Shown here in pieces: positions 1 to 11,538 of a stretch of DNA of 52,812 nt. Source of the DNA: Octopus bimaculoides (Eukaryota); the NCBI RefSeq assembly GCF_001194135.2, contig NC_068994.1, positions 25,484,944 to 25,537,755 of the forward strand, written 5' to 3'. Within the stretch, counting starts at the first letter, position 1; each line of letters starts with the position of its first letter. Position numbers and translations under genes: made by a program. The notes beneath the pieces were generated by a model. That model ran no database searches. It was not told where the DNA came from and saw only the letters and a program-made list of their open reading frames with translations.

Positions 1-783
1 GAGGTGGTGAAGCACGACCTTCGAACATAAAGCCTCACCAAGGCAATGACTTCTGACCGAGACCTTTGGAAATATGTTGTGCGTGAGAAGACCCGGCAAG
101 CCAAGTGAGACCAAAATCCAAGGTCTCTGCCAGGGATGTAGCCAGCCCACTTATGCGTAACATTCCTTCTTTGGACACTAAACTCCGCTTGCGAAGACCT
201 GTTGAGGCAAGTGAAATCGAAATCAAACTAAATTCGTTGACTGGCACCCATGCCAACGTCTTCATTGAACATTAAACTTGGCTTGCGAAGACATGTTGGG
301 GCAAGCGAAAGCGAAATTGTGATGGCACCAGTACCAGTAAATCACTAAGAGCAATGTCTGAGCGTGATCGTTACCACAGCACCAGCTGTCTGGCTTTCAT
401 GCCGGTGGCACGTAAATAGCACCATTTGAGCATGACTGTTACCAACGTCACCTACCTGGCACTTGTGCCAGTGGCACGTGAAAAGACATTCAAGCGAGTT
501 CGTTGCCAGTACCACTGGACTGGCTCCTGTGCAGGTGGCACATAAAATACACCATTTCGAGCATGGCCGTAACCAGTACCTCCTGACTGGCCTTCGTGCC
601 GGTGGCACGTAAAACCACCCACTACATTCTCAGAGTGGTTGGTGTTAGGAAGGGCATCCAGCTGTAGAAACTCTGCCAAATCAGATTGGAGCTTGGTGTA
701 GCCATCTGGTTCACCAGTCCTCAGTCAAATCGTCCAACCCATGCTAGCATGGAAAGCGGCCGTTAAACGATGATGATGATGAT
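1..783 (+). mobile_element. 3' end of RTE-clade LINE (RT C-terminus, 3'UTR with ~65-bp tandem units, (GAT)n tail)
   Basis: Frame 1 reads EVVKHDLRT*SLTKAMTSDRDLWKYVVREKTRQAK* (1-108), matching the C-terminus of the minus-strand copy at 12016. It ends in ...gttaaacgatgatgatgatgat. Confidence 0.85.
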
Positions 784-1315
784 GTATATACACCTGTGTG
801 TGTATGACGACTCATGGAGAAATTGTAGGAGGTAATGGACCCCAAAAAATTAGTAGAACAGATACTATGATAAATGATAACATAATGCAATACTGGCCTG
901 TTTCATTATGGAGAAACATTGTTGAAATAAGAATGATGGCATTGTGTGTATGCATAACAAGAACACTTACACACAATATAAAATCTTCTTTCCAAAAGAT
1001 TTGTGACATTCTGTTCTCAAAAAATATTTTAAAATCGTTCATAACTTGAGAAAATCTTCTTTAAATAATGTAACTGTATCAAGTATTTTTTTGCAAAAAC
1101 TTTTATCTATGTGCGTGTGTGTGCATATAAATATGCATAAATACATATGCACACATATATATTTATATATATGCATGCGTTTATGTATGAATGTAATCCT
1201 ATACATACTCCATCTGAACAAGAAACTTGGTAATTGCAGGTGGAATGTCTTTGATAAAAGGTTTACAGGGCTAAACAACATCAACAAAACTGAAGAAATG
1301 ACATTGAGAACTTAC

Positions 1316-1454
1316 ATTTGATCCAGAATCGACACAATAGTTTTGTGTTCAACTCCTTCAATCCACAGACGGCGTAGTTCATCTCTCTTACAGTGTAAAA
1401 GTGTCTTACAGGAACTGAGATCTTCTTTGATCTTTCGGATCTTGTCTCTAGATT
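1316..1454 (-). CDS. EXOC4: Exocyst complex component 4 (Sec8), internal coding exon, 139 nt, phase 1 to 2
   Basis: Reads (E)[45 protein letters not shown](I), close to the conserved EXOC4 segment [29 protein letters not shown]. Acceptor ttctatactcag, donor AT|gtaagt. Confidence 0.95.
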
Positions 1455-1477
1455 CTGAGTATAGAATATATATAAGT

Positions 1478-1530
<53 letters not shown>

Positions 1531-1588
1531 NNNNNNNNNNNNNNNNNNNNNNNNNNNNNNNNNNNNNNNNNNNNNNNNNNNNNNNNNN

Positions 1589-1631
<43 letters not shown>

Positions 1632-1652
1632 GGGGAGAGAGAGAGAGAGAGA
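1478..1652. repeat. (GA)n/(TC)n microsatellite with assembly gap (N 1531-1588)
   Basis: Seen directly in the sequence. Confidence 0.98.
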
Positions 1653-1899
1653 CCTTGCTAGCATTTGTAAGAGTAGATCTCTTGGGATGGTAAACACCGC
1701 AGATGCTATGAGAGGTGTTGAAGTGCAATGTTGCAGAAGTAGGCAAAGTTGGTAGTTTTTTGAGGCAACCAAAACTCACAAAATTTACTGTTGAGGTACC
1801 ATATTTAAATATATAATGTTGTGTTGAAGAGCAGATAGCAAAGATAAGAATATGACAATGGGTTAACTTTCATGTCAAGTAGTTGTATTTAGTTTATAA

Positions 1900-2660
1900 G
1901 GAGTAGATGGTGGTTTGCATAAGTCATTTTCAAAGAAGCAAGGACATGAAGAATGTTTGGAGGATATTCTGCAGAGTGAGGAGACCTCATAGATGGATAA
2001 AAATTCAGTTGAAAATCACATGGAATATTGTTGTGATGAAGACAGCATTCAAAGAATGTGCCAAAGGCCACAGAAATGAGTTTTTCTTTTTAAATGTGAT
2101 AAAATTAAAGGGAGAAGGAAAAAATAGAAGATTCCTTTTAATGGTGTAGTACAAATCCTGGCTGATGTGTCTGAGATTGAGTATAATAAAGAAAGTGATG
2201 TTTGTAGAATTCAATTGACATATCAGATAAAACAGAGTCCAAGGAGATTAGTGGTGCTCTGATTTAGCAAGATTTGTATTATTAGATAAAAGCAACAGAA
2301 AGAGTACTCTGTAATTGACATGGGGAGTGGAAGATCCAACATTTTGGACAGAGTCTTTTTTCAGGGTCAAGATGATAGGAAGGATAAAAAAGACAGAGTT
2401 TCACATCTCCTGTGTTTGAGAGACTGGCTGCAACTGATGAGGAATGCAAGACAATATGCGCTTGCATATGTAGAGAGGAAATGGTGTGAAAAACAAACTA
2501 AGTGAAAGAGAAATGAAAAGAGACAGGGAGGTGAGCTGAAAGAAGAAATTGAGATGAGAGAGGAGCTGAATCATAAAGATGGGACTGCCGAACAAAGAGT
2601 GGGTGAAGGGAAAAAAATGTTCATTTAAACCCGTTGGTACCATGGTGCCAATTTTGAATA
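1900..2660 (-). mobile_element. Decayed Penelope-like element: GIY-YIG C-terminus plus 3' repeat region
   Basis: Minus strand reads ...KIGTMVPTGLNEHFFPF, a typical PLE endonuclease end. It is homologous to 22880-24330 and carries a hammerhead relic at about 2336-2367. Confidence 0.6.
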
Positions 2661-3179
2661 TTCATATACATTATGTAAAAAAGACAAAAACTGTAGTGAC
2701 TACTCTGTGATTCAATGAGGCTTTGGTAATCGCCAGATTAATGGTACTTACTGACTCCCAAATGATGAAAGATATGCTGTCTCCCTTGTATGGATGATGT
2801 GATGTACTACCAAGAAAGAGATGAGTGAACATGGTGAGGTTAGATCTCAAGATACTGGAACTCATAGAAAAAGTGACATCAGCCAAACTGCAAACTCATC
2901 CAACCCATACCATTGTGGAGAGATAGTTGTTTAAAACAATGAGGTAAAAAATTTGAGTCACCCACCATTCTATACTGTCTCCACTGTTATCAGGGTCCCT
3001 ACTGAGGCAAAAAGAAAGAAGTCCACAAATTTATAACAAAGAATGAGATTTTGTATTGTTCTTTTCTCAGCAGCATTAATGGCATAAATAAAGAGAATTA
3101 GGTTGTTCTCTGGAGTCATCTAACCAATGAACATTGGGCAAAGAAAAACAAGTAACACAATGTAACATTATAGACTCAC

Positions 3180-3242
3180 CATTTACATTCTTGTTAACAA
3201 TACTAAATGTCTGCAAGATCTTCGTCAGTTCTGAATAATTGT
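3180..3242 (-). CDS. EXOC4: EXOC4 internal coding exon, 63 nt, phase 1 to 1
   Basis: Reads (D)NYSELTKILQTFSIVNKNVN(E), aligning with vertebrate [20 protein letters not shown]. Acceptor tcacctacag, donor G|gtgagt. Phases join the flanking exons. Confidence 0.92.
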
Positions 3243-4182
3243 CTGTAGGTGACAAAAATAACAATATTATTAGTAGTATATTAATTTAAGTAGATAATTA
3301 TTATTCATAAAAAAATATTAGCACTATTATTCCAAGTTGACTACCAGGTTTAAGGCACTCAATGGTTGCACAAGAATAAACATGTAAAGTTTGGATGGTC
3401 TGCCTGACATGTTTACATGCCAGATTTGTTCACTACTGCCTTGGCAGATGTTTATCACAACTGTCAGAGCACTACCAAGGAAGGACATGAACAAGGAAAA
3501 CAGCACCATTAATTTTGTGCCAACTACTCAATAAAATACAGAATTACAGATTTTGGCCAAGATGCTTCAACTGAAAGTGCTGGGTTGGTGAAGAAAGTAA
3601 TATCTACATGAAGAGCAGAACATCAGTTTGGCTTGTCCTTTATGTGAAGAGAGTACAGAAACCATTTCCATGCACTCAATGTCACTTATTGCTGACATGC
3701 AGAGTTATATTGACCATCTGTTATCTGTTAGCATACATTGGATACATCTGTCAGCCAACGCCACCCTGAACATGAGCAGGGTAGAGCAGGCAAATCTCTT
3801 GCTGAAAGAAGATATATGAAGAAGATAGAGAAAAATTGAGGATAGTGCTTTTCTTCTAAGGCTATGCCTTTAAGTTGTTATTGTTGTTCATAATAACAGA
3901 TATATGCAGTTAAAATCAAAGGAATAGCAAACAGAAAATAGCTTGAGTTATAAGAACCCAACAGTGACTTTCTAAGGGTCTGGAGAAAAGGGAGGCAGAG
4001 AGGAGCCTTAACCAACTATAAAAAAATTATAACTTCTCTAGAAAAAGTTGCAATGATTACTGGTATCATAGATAGGAACTACAACAGGAGGAAACAAGGC
4101 ACAAAATACTTAAGGACAAGACAGAAGCAGAGATCACAAGATATCTGCACGGGAAGTGGAAAAACTTAGTTGAGATACATAC

Positions 4183-4271
4183 CAGAGACCATCTCAGAAA
4201 GGGTCTTGTCACTCTCCTGGAATGCTTTCTCAATACGAGTCTTCTCATTTTCCCGTTTGTCAAAATCAGAA
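4183..4271 (-). CDS. EXOC4: EXOC4 internal coding exon, 89 nt, phase 2 to 1
   Basis: Reads SDFDKRENEKTRIEKAFQESDKTLSEMVS, aligning with [29 protein letters not shown]. Acceptor ttcatttcag, donor G|gtatgt. Confidence 0.92.
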
Positions 4272-4479
4272 CTGAAATGAATAAAATGATTGGTTGATTA
4301 TTATTTTATGGTTGTTGTATGAATTTGTTAATGCTACGACAGTTTGTAGCCTATCACACAGCATATCATCATAATTTTGATGTCTTTCCATGTTTGCATA
4401 GGTCAGACAAGAGTATATTGGAGCAAAGTTTTTAATAACCAGGGACCTTTCCTGATGTCAACAACCATCTGATTCCAAG

Positions 4480-4826
4480 TCGTAATGTAGGAGCACTCCA
4501 TCAGTTACGATGACGAGGGTCCTAGCTGATACGATCAATGGAACATCTTGCTCAAGAAATTAATGTGCAAGTGGCTGAGCACTCCACAGACATGTGTACC
4601 TTGTACATGTGTACAATGTAGTTCTCAGGAAGATTCAGCGTGACACAGAGTGTGACAAGGCTGGCCCTTTGAAATACAGGTACTACTCATTTTTGCCAGC
4701 TGAGTGGACTGGAGCAACATGAAATAAAGTGTCTTGCTTAAGGACACAACATGTCGCCGGGAATTGAACTCATGACCTTATGATCATGAGCTGAATGTCC
4801 TAAACACTAAGCCACGTGCCTTCACC
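4480..4826 (-). mobile_element. tRNA-derived SINE (cephalopod type)
   Basis: Minus-strand head has A/B boxes (gtggcttagtgtttagg...gagttcaattcccgg) and a central gtgtccttaagcaagacac motif. The 3' tail is shared with the SINE at 15051-15433. Confidence 0.8.
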
Positions 4827-5300
4827 CAAGTTGTAATAACCTTGATACATCAAACAATGAACAGTTTAGACATGGTTACGTGGAGAACTGGAAATAAACA
4901 TTACTATCTGAATGAGCCTTTTGTTTACAAAGACCACACAATATGCCAAAATATGTCATGAACCTAGACAAGCATTCACGATATACAACAGCAAATGTTA
5001 CGGTCTTCATCAATGAAAATAAGGTGGGGTGATAAACTAACTTGTGCACACATGCATGCACATGCACACAATTGGATTCTCTCAGTTTCCATCTACCAAA
5101 TGTACTTGCAAGCCTGGAGCTATACTAGACTCTTGTCCAAGGTGCTATATAGTGGGACTGAACCTGAAACTATGTAAATAGGAAGCAAACTTTTTTACTA
5201 CACAACTTGTTTCAAAGTTTCTAAATTCTTATAATATAAACAACATACAATTCTTGCTGGTAAGAACAAAGCTTATAAAATGGATAGAGAATTTCAAAGG

Positions 5301-5371
5301 GCTGCTTTGATCCAATGGTAGAACATCTGACATGTTTACAGTAGTTTTGGGTTTGAGTCTCACTGGCAGTG
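5301..5371 (+). pseudogene. Decayed tRNA-like sequence (anticodon position TGT, Thr-like)
   Basis: 71 nt with canonical cloverleaf spacing (7-2-4-7-4-1-5-7-5-4-5-7-5-7-1). The acceptor stem is partly paired, the T-loop is TTTGAGT, and a T-run follows. Several stem mismatches. Confidence 0.55.
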
Positions 5372-5811
5372 TTCAACATTTTTTTATCCAAAAAGATTTT
5401 TAACAAATATTCATAGATTTATTTACTTTGAGTTCTACTGAAGGTGAATTAGTTCATGTTCTTTCAAAGTTTCTAAATTCTTATGACATAATATATACAC
5501 ACATGGTTTTTGTTTATAGTACAAAACTATAAAAATGCTCAATACAACTGTCTGATTCATATTTGGAGATAAATACTTTACACTTATACTATGCATTGGC
5601 TCATAATGTGAATCCAGTCTAGTAGTATATACACATCCAGGGATAAAACACCTGATGGTGATCAGAGATTAAACTGATTAAACATTCTATAGAGGTAAAT
5701 AACAATTTTTTAATGAGATAAACTGCCTGGAAAATTACAATTTTAACAAGTGTGTGTTTGTAAAAAATATAAATCAGATAAATGGAATATTCATCTGGAC
5801 ATGTTTTTGAA

Positions 5812-6030
5812 TCATCATCATTTAATGTCTGTTGTCCATGGGGTGGACAGTTTCACCAGGGCTGGTAAGCTGAGGAACTGCATCAGACTCCAGTCTGATT
5901 TAGCATGGTTTCTATGGCTCAATGCCCTGCCTAACGTCAAGCACTCCAGGAGTATAATAGATGATTTTATGTGCCAGTTGCATGACACCAGTATCTGTCA
6001 CAACAACAATTTCACTTGGTTTGATGGGTC
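5812..6030 (-). mobile_element. RTE LINE 3'UTR fragment with (GAT)n tail
   Basis: catcatcatttaatgtc...ccaatgccctgcctaac is homologous to the tails at 620-783 and 11539-11700. Confidence 0.75.
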
Positions 6031-6129
6031 TTCTTTATATTTTAAAACAGGTATGTTTGAAAATAATTTACCAGTATTATTTTTTTTTTAACTTGGGTTT
6101 TGTTGGAACTACTTGAATCTTGTTTGAGT

Positions 6130-6600
6130 ATCTATTCCCATTTTCTTTATGTTCCTCTCAATATCTTTTGATACTGTCCCCCAGGGTCCCAACAATAATT
6201 AGTGCTATCTTCATCTTTTGCATCTTTCACATTTGGGCTATCTCGCATTTATGGGGATTATACACACCTACTTTTTCATCTTCCTTCTGAACTATCTATG
6301 AATCAATTGGGCATACAACACCAGCTGCAGAGCACACATGATTTACTTTGTCCTCCACTACTAAGTTCAGTTTGTTGTGCTGAAGCACCTGGCCCATTTG
6401 AATTAGGAATTTTGCAAGTCTCTGACTCAGTCACTCATTGTGATTTATGATTGTTCCATGTCTTACCTCTCTCTAACCTCCACCTTTCAATTTCTAATAC
6501 AGAGCTTTTGCTACCTCATCATGTTGCTACATCTTGTACTGGTTTCAGGCAAGTTAAGGACACTCATTTACAATATAAGCAATAGTTTCACCAAATTCAT
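6130..6600 (-). mobile_element. Non-LTR retrotransposon remnant with restriction-like endonuclease (RLE; R2/R4/NeSL group)
   Basis: Degenerate translation: ..CP*LA(Q)NQYK..HDEVAKALY*KL...KIALIIVGTLGTVSKDIERNIKKMGID, matching the RHD and IPIVIGALG motifs of RLE LINEs. Many stops. Confidence 0.65.
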
Positions 6601-6899
6601 GACATATTCAGCACAACAGAGACACTTAGTAACTTTTAAGACTGACTTGCAAATTTATGGCCAAAGCTTGATCTTGCACTGCAAGCATAATGCTCTCAGT
6701 CCCAGTTTTAAATGCTCCTTCCTTTAATCAGTCATATCTATGTTCCCCAGCAACTTTAGTTGTGACTACATGAAGTTGTTTGTATACCCCTTTGTTAAAT
6801 AGTGCTTCCTCATGTCCTTGTTTTTTCTCATTATTTCCTAAGGTTCCAAGCTGGCAGAATCATTAGAGCATCAGAAAAATGCTTTGCAGTATTTCTTCT

Positions 6900-7350
6900 G
6901 ATTTTTTACATTCTGAGTTCAAATTCCACTGAGACTGATTTTGCCTTTCATCCTTTTAGGTCAATAAAATTAAGTACCAGTTAAGCACTGAGATGATATA
7001 ATTGACTAGTTCCTTCTCCAAAAATTGTCAGCATTGTGCCAAAATTTTAAATCACTATTGTTACTATTAGCATACAGGACAAAATGCTTAGTGGCATTTT
7101 GCCTGTCTTTATGTTCAGAGTTCAAATTCTGCCAATGTCAACTTTGCCATTCATCCTTTCAGGGTCAATGAAATAAGTGCTACTGGGGTCAATGACCCTT
7201 CTACTATAGGCCTTGTGCCTATAGTAGAAGGGATTACTATTATTATTTTCAAGCAGAATTGTTAGTGTTTTAAACAAAATGCTTAGTGGCATTTCTTCTG
7301 TCTGTAAATTCTAAGTAAAGTTGCTGGTCTTGTGTCAAAATTTGAAACAA
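6900..7350 (+). mobile_element. Three consecutive decayed SINE copies
   Basis: Repeated gagttcaaattc(c)...tttgcc(t)ttcatcctttagggtcaat and aaaatgcttagtggcattt units. Same family as 29490-29696. Confidence 0.65.
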
Positions 7351-7512
7351 TTATTATTATTAATGTTTTAGCATCAACAAAATAACCTTTGAATTGCTCA
7401 TAAGTTTTGCTTGTTCTAAAAGTCTATATTTAAAACTTTTTGCTCTGTATCGTAACTACTGAGAAGCTGGTCAGTTATGTTTCATTTCACTCTTCAGGAC
7501 AGCAAATCAAAC

Positions 7513-9830
7513 CATCATCATCATCATCATTTAACATCCATTTTCCATGCTGAAGAGCTGTACCAGGCTCCAGTCATCTATTTTTGCTTGCTTTCTATGG
7601 CTTAAAACTTCTTAATATCAATAACATTACAGAGTGTACTGTGTATCTTTTACATATCATCGGTATGGATGTTCTTTTACGTGTCACCAGCACAGGTGCC
7701 TCTTATGTGTCACTGGCACAGATGCTTTTTATGTGTCATGGGAACTTTTACATGTCACCAGTACAGATGCCTTTTATGTGTTGCCAGCACTGGCCACAAC
7801 TACAATTTCATTTAACTTGATGTATCTTCTCAAGTACAGCAAATTTACAGAAGTCTCAGTCACATGTTATAGCCGTTGAGAGACTTAACAACCAAAGATC
7901 ATATTTCACCATCACATTATGTCTTCCTGGGTCTACCTCTTCCATAAGTTTCCTCCACAATTAGAGATTAGCACTTCTTTACGCATCTGTCCTCATCTGT
8001 GGTGGTTGTTCGTCCATCGGAATGATGAGGACCATCTGATCATCCTAGAGGGGGGTGGGGAGGTCATCATCGGTGAGTGCGGAGATGGCTGATAAGCCCA
8101 ATCCGCACATGGAAAGATCTACTGCAGTAGGGACAGGGAATGGTAGCAGGTGCCAGGGGCTTCAAAGCATTGTTCTTTCTGTCCTGCCTGCGCTTCTCTG
8201 CAGCAGCTTTCCTGTCACTTTCATATTGGCAGGGCACCGTTGTGAACAGCGGCCCGCCACTTAGTCCTATCTAAAGCTGTCTGCTCCCATGATGACGGGT
8301 CAATGTTGAAGGCCTTCAGTGATACCTTTAGGCTGTCTTTAAACCATTTCCTCTGGTCGCCATGGGAGCGCTTGCCGTGCTGGAGCTCACCAAACAGAAG
8401 CTTCTTGGGTATTCTGTAGTCTGGCATGCGGGCTACATGACCAGCCCAGTGAAGCTGAGTTTTCATCAGGATGATAGGGATGCTTGGGAGCCTGGCACGG
8501 GTGAGGATTTCTGTGTCTGGTATCCTTTCCTGCCAGCTTATGCCAAGTAGTTTCCTCAGCCTGGTGATGTGGAAGTGATTTAGTTTTTTGGCGTGGTGTT
8601 GGTAGACGGTCCACAACTCACATCCATAGAGTAGGGTGGTGAGTACGACAGCTTTGTAGACCTTGATCTTTGTCATGGAGGTGATGCCTCTTCTGTCCGA
8701 AAGCAGCACTTGCTTTGGCGAGTCTGGTGTTGATCTCATCGTCAATGACTACATTGTGGGAAAGCGTACTGCCAAGGTAGGTGAATTTGTCATTCACATT
8801 GAGTCTTTGCCCGTTGATGGAAATGTTGGGTTCTACATATGGTTTTCCTGGAGTGGGTTGGTGCATCACCTGTCTTCTTGGTACTGATTGTGAGACCAAA
8901 GTTGTCACAGGCTTCCGAGAATATGTCTGCACTGTGTTGCATGTCTGTCTCAGAGGTAGCGTTTAGGGCACACTTATCAGCAAACAGAAATTCATTCATA
9001 GTGTCTGTTGTAACTTTGGATTTTGCTCGTAGCCTCCTGAGGTTGAAAACTGATCCATCAAATCTGTAACTGATTCCAATGCCCACGTCAGCGTCTCCGA
9101 AGGCATTCGTCAGCATTGCAGAGAACATGAAGCTGAACAGGGTAGGAGCTAAAACACACCCCTGTTTCACTCCATTTGTGACTTCAAAAGGGTCAGAGGT
9201 CTCACATATCACATGACCATACCAGCGCAGTCTTCTCTCTTGCACACTGTATCAGATGCTTCTTATATTCAGTTTTTCTCTTCAGACACCATATCGTATA
9301 TGCACACTGACATTGCACATCCAGCAGAGCATGCTAGCTTCATTTCTTTCAAGCCTTTGCATGACTTCTGCAGTCACAGCCCATGTTTCACTGTCATGTA
9401 GCATGGCTGTTCACACACAGACATCAAAAATCTGCATTTCACTCTCAGTGAGAAGCCCTTTGTTATCAACAAATGTAAAGCTCTCTGAACTTTGTCCAAC
9501 CTGTTCTTATTCTAGCAGCTACACTGTCAGAGCATCCTTCTCCACTGCTGATTTGGTCACCTGAGTAACGGAAGCTATCTACCACTTCTAATTATCCCAC
9601 TGGGCATTTGACAATGTCTATTTTCTGTACATTCTTAGTGTTTATTGTACCTGCATATCTACCATACACAAGGGCTACTTGCTCTGTTAACTTTCTCTGA
9701 AACTGCTGCACTTCTTTATGAGTCCATAGCTTACACTGGGAACACTTTATGGAGTTTCTACCTACACCTTTTCTGCATATTGAGCAGAGCCATCTCCTTG
9801 AAGGGATTTGTGATTTGTCTGTTTATCTAC
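7513..9830 (-). mobile_element. 5'-truncated RTE LINE interrupted by a BovB-like LINE
   Basis: Tail at 7513, RT C-terminus to about 8000, resuming at about 9200 (QERRLRWYGH...). The intact copy at about 12115-12140 has the two flanks contiguous. Confidence 0.8.
8001..9198 (-). mobile_element. 5'-truncated RTE-BovB-like LINE (RT C-terminal half)
   Basis: ORF pieces GVKQGCVLAPTLFS, EFLFADKCAL, FTYLGSTLS, KIKVYKAVVLTTLLYGCE, QLHWAGHVARMPDYRIPK. The 3' end is gatggacgaacaaccaccac. Confidence 0.9.
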
Positions 9831-9929
9831 TTACAAAGACATGATTTGTAGTTATTTGTATTTGTTTTCCATTAATCCTTACTAGATATTTTTATCTTCC
9901 TCCTCATCAGTTTTATGGCATCTTCTCTA

Positions 9930-10330
9930 CATTTGCATAGGTGGGACAGGTCTTCTCCAACACAGAATTTTATCATTTGTTGTGTTCCTTTGTCATATTG
10001 GTGAATATCCTGAGATCATCACTTTTGCCAGCGTCTTCCTTAATTTATTTCTACTTGAATCTCCTGGTACTTCTCGAACCAACAGCCATCATAATATACA
10101 TTATATGGCTGTACCAATGCAGTTTCTCTCTTGCACACTACAGCCGATTACTTTCATCCCATGTTGATCTCTCAGCTTATCTGTATACATCACTCATGCT
10201 TACTAACATAAAAAATTCAACAGAGGATGCTTGCTTCATTTCTCATTAATCTTTGCATATCCTCTGCCTTCAATGCCCACATCTCACTACCATGCAGAAT
10301 CACACTTTATATACAAGCAATGTACATTAT
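9930..10330 (-). mobile_element. Old RTE LINE C-terminal fragment
   Basis: Homologous to 12016-12360 (ccatgcagaatcacac..., tcttcctggtacttctc). Heavily decayed. Confidence 0.6.
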
Positions 10331-10493
10331 ACCTTTTGTTCAAAGAGAAAACTCTGTTTTTAGAGCACCCTCCTCCACAGCTAATGAGGTAGTCTAAATA
10401 ACAGAAGCTACCAACTTCTATGGAACAAGCATTGAAAAGATGTTATTTCATTAGTGTTCTTACTGCTAACTACTTCTGTATATCTGTCATATA

Positions 10494-11446
10494 GAGGGTG
10501 TTTGGGCTAAATTTGACAGTTTGCATATAGAAATATATGTATGCCCTTCACTGTTTAATATAAATTCCTCAACATACTTGAAGCAATTCTCTCTCCTCCA
10601 GTAGTAGTCAACCACATGTTTGCAAAACACAATATCCCAAACAAAAATAAAAGTATTTTTAAAAAATCAAAAAAATATCAACTAAGTTATAGCTAGGAGA
10701 TAACAATTTACTCAAAGTAGCTGCTCTTAGAAGTCACCACGGCCTCAAGACAGCTCTGAAACCGAGCATATACATTTTTCATTGTGTCCCTGGGAAGATC
10801 TTCAAACACATCCTTGATCTTGACCACCAGCTCGGCCTTCGTGTTGCTGGCAGAACAGTTGGTGTTTTTTTCAACTGTGCACCACGCATAGTAATCAATG
10901 GGATTACAATCGGGGGGAATTAGGAGACCAGAAATGGGGCTGGTGAAGTCGTAGAAATTCTCTGACGACCACTTCTGACACTTTCTGGAGGTATGCTAAG
11001 GAGCCAAATCCTGCAACCTTACATATGGCCTTCTGGTAGCGAACCTCTCCAGTCAGAGATTGACCACAGTCTCCAGTATTTTCACACAGCTGTCTGAACT
11101 GAGCCTAAGGCTCTATTCAAAGATGTAGGGATGAACAGTGTTCCTTCCTACTGGCTATAGTTTTGTGGTCTCCATTGCAGTTGTTCATGTTATGCCTTTA
11201 CAGTGTTCACAGAGCATAGAGTAGCAGTCATGATGTCAGCATTTTGATACCCAATGTGAATCATCATGATACAGGTAACTGTTTACCAATATTCAGATAG
11301 CTTCCAGTCCTCCATATCAGCTGAGATTTTCTCACCTATCACTTTAATCATCATGCTCTCCAATGCTGTTGACTGTTCACCAATACAAACTGTTCCTGAA
11401 AAAAGGAGACATTAAAAAAAACACCAAATTCAGCCAGAACACCCTG
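10494..11446 (-). mobile_element. Tc1/mariner (maT/DD37D-like) remnant
   Basis: Imperfect TIRs gagggtgtttgggctaaatttg and cagggtgttctggctgaatttg. Minus strand reads ...PDCNPIDYYAWCTVEKNTN...ELVVKIKDVFEDLPRDTMKNVYARFQSCLEAV, a mariner-like C-terminus. Confidence 0.75.
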
Positions 11447-11538
11447 CATAAAGTGTTTATTCCCTATCAGCCTGTCTATGACTCCAGTACATCTCTTGTA
11501 CACTTACAATTCATATTGCTTATATCACATTCAAGCTT

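Noticed and set aside
345-620. CRISPR-like array (conserved core with ~45-nt intervals)
   Set aside because: The intervals are homologous to one another, the array lies in a LINE 3'UTR, and there are no cas genes in this eukaryotic DNA.
1281-1779. Long ORFs with ER/SL dipeptide runs
   Set aside because: They arise from the (GA)n microsatellite and an N gap. Only 1316-1454 is coding.
3620-3720. CPLCEESTETIS zinc-knuckle-like peptide
   Set aside because: It may be an RLE-LINE relic, but it is too short and degenerate to support a feature call.
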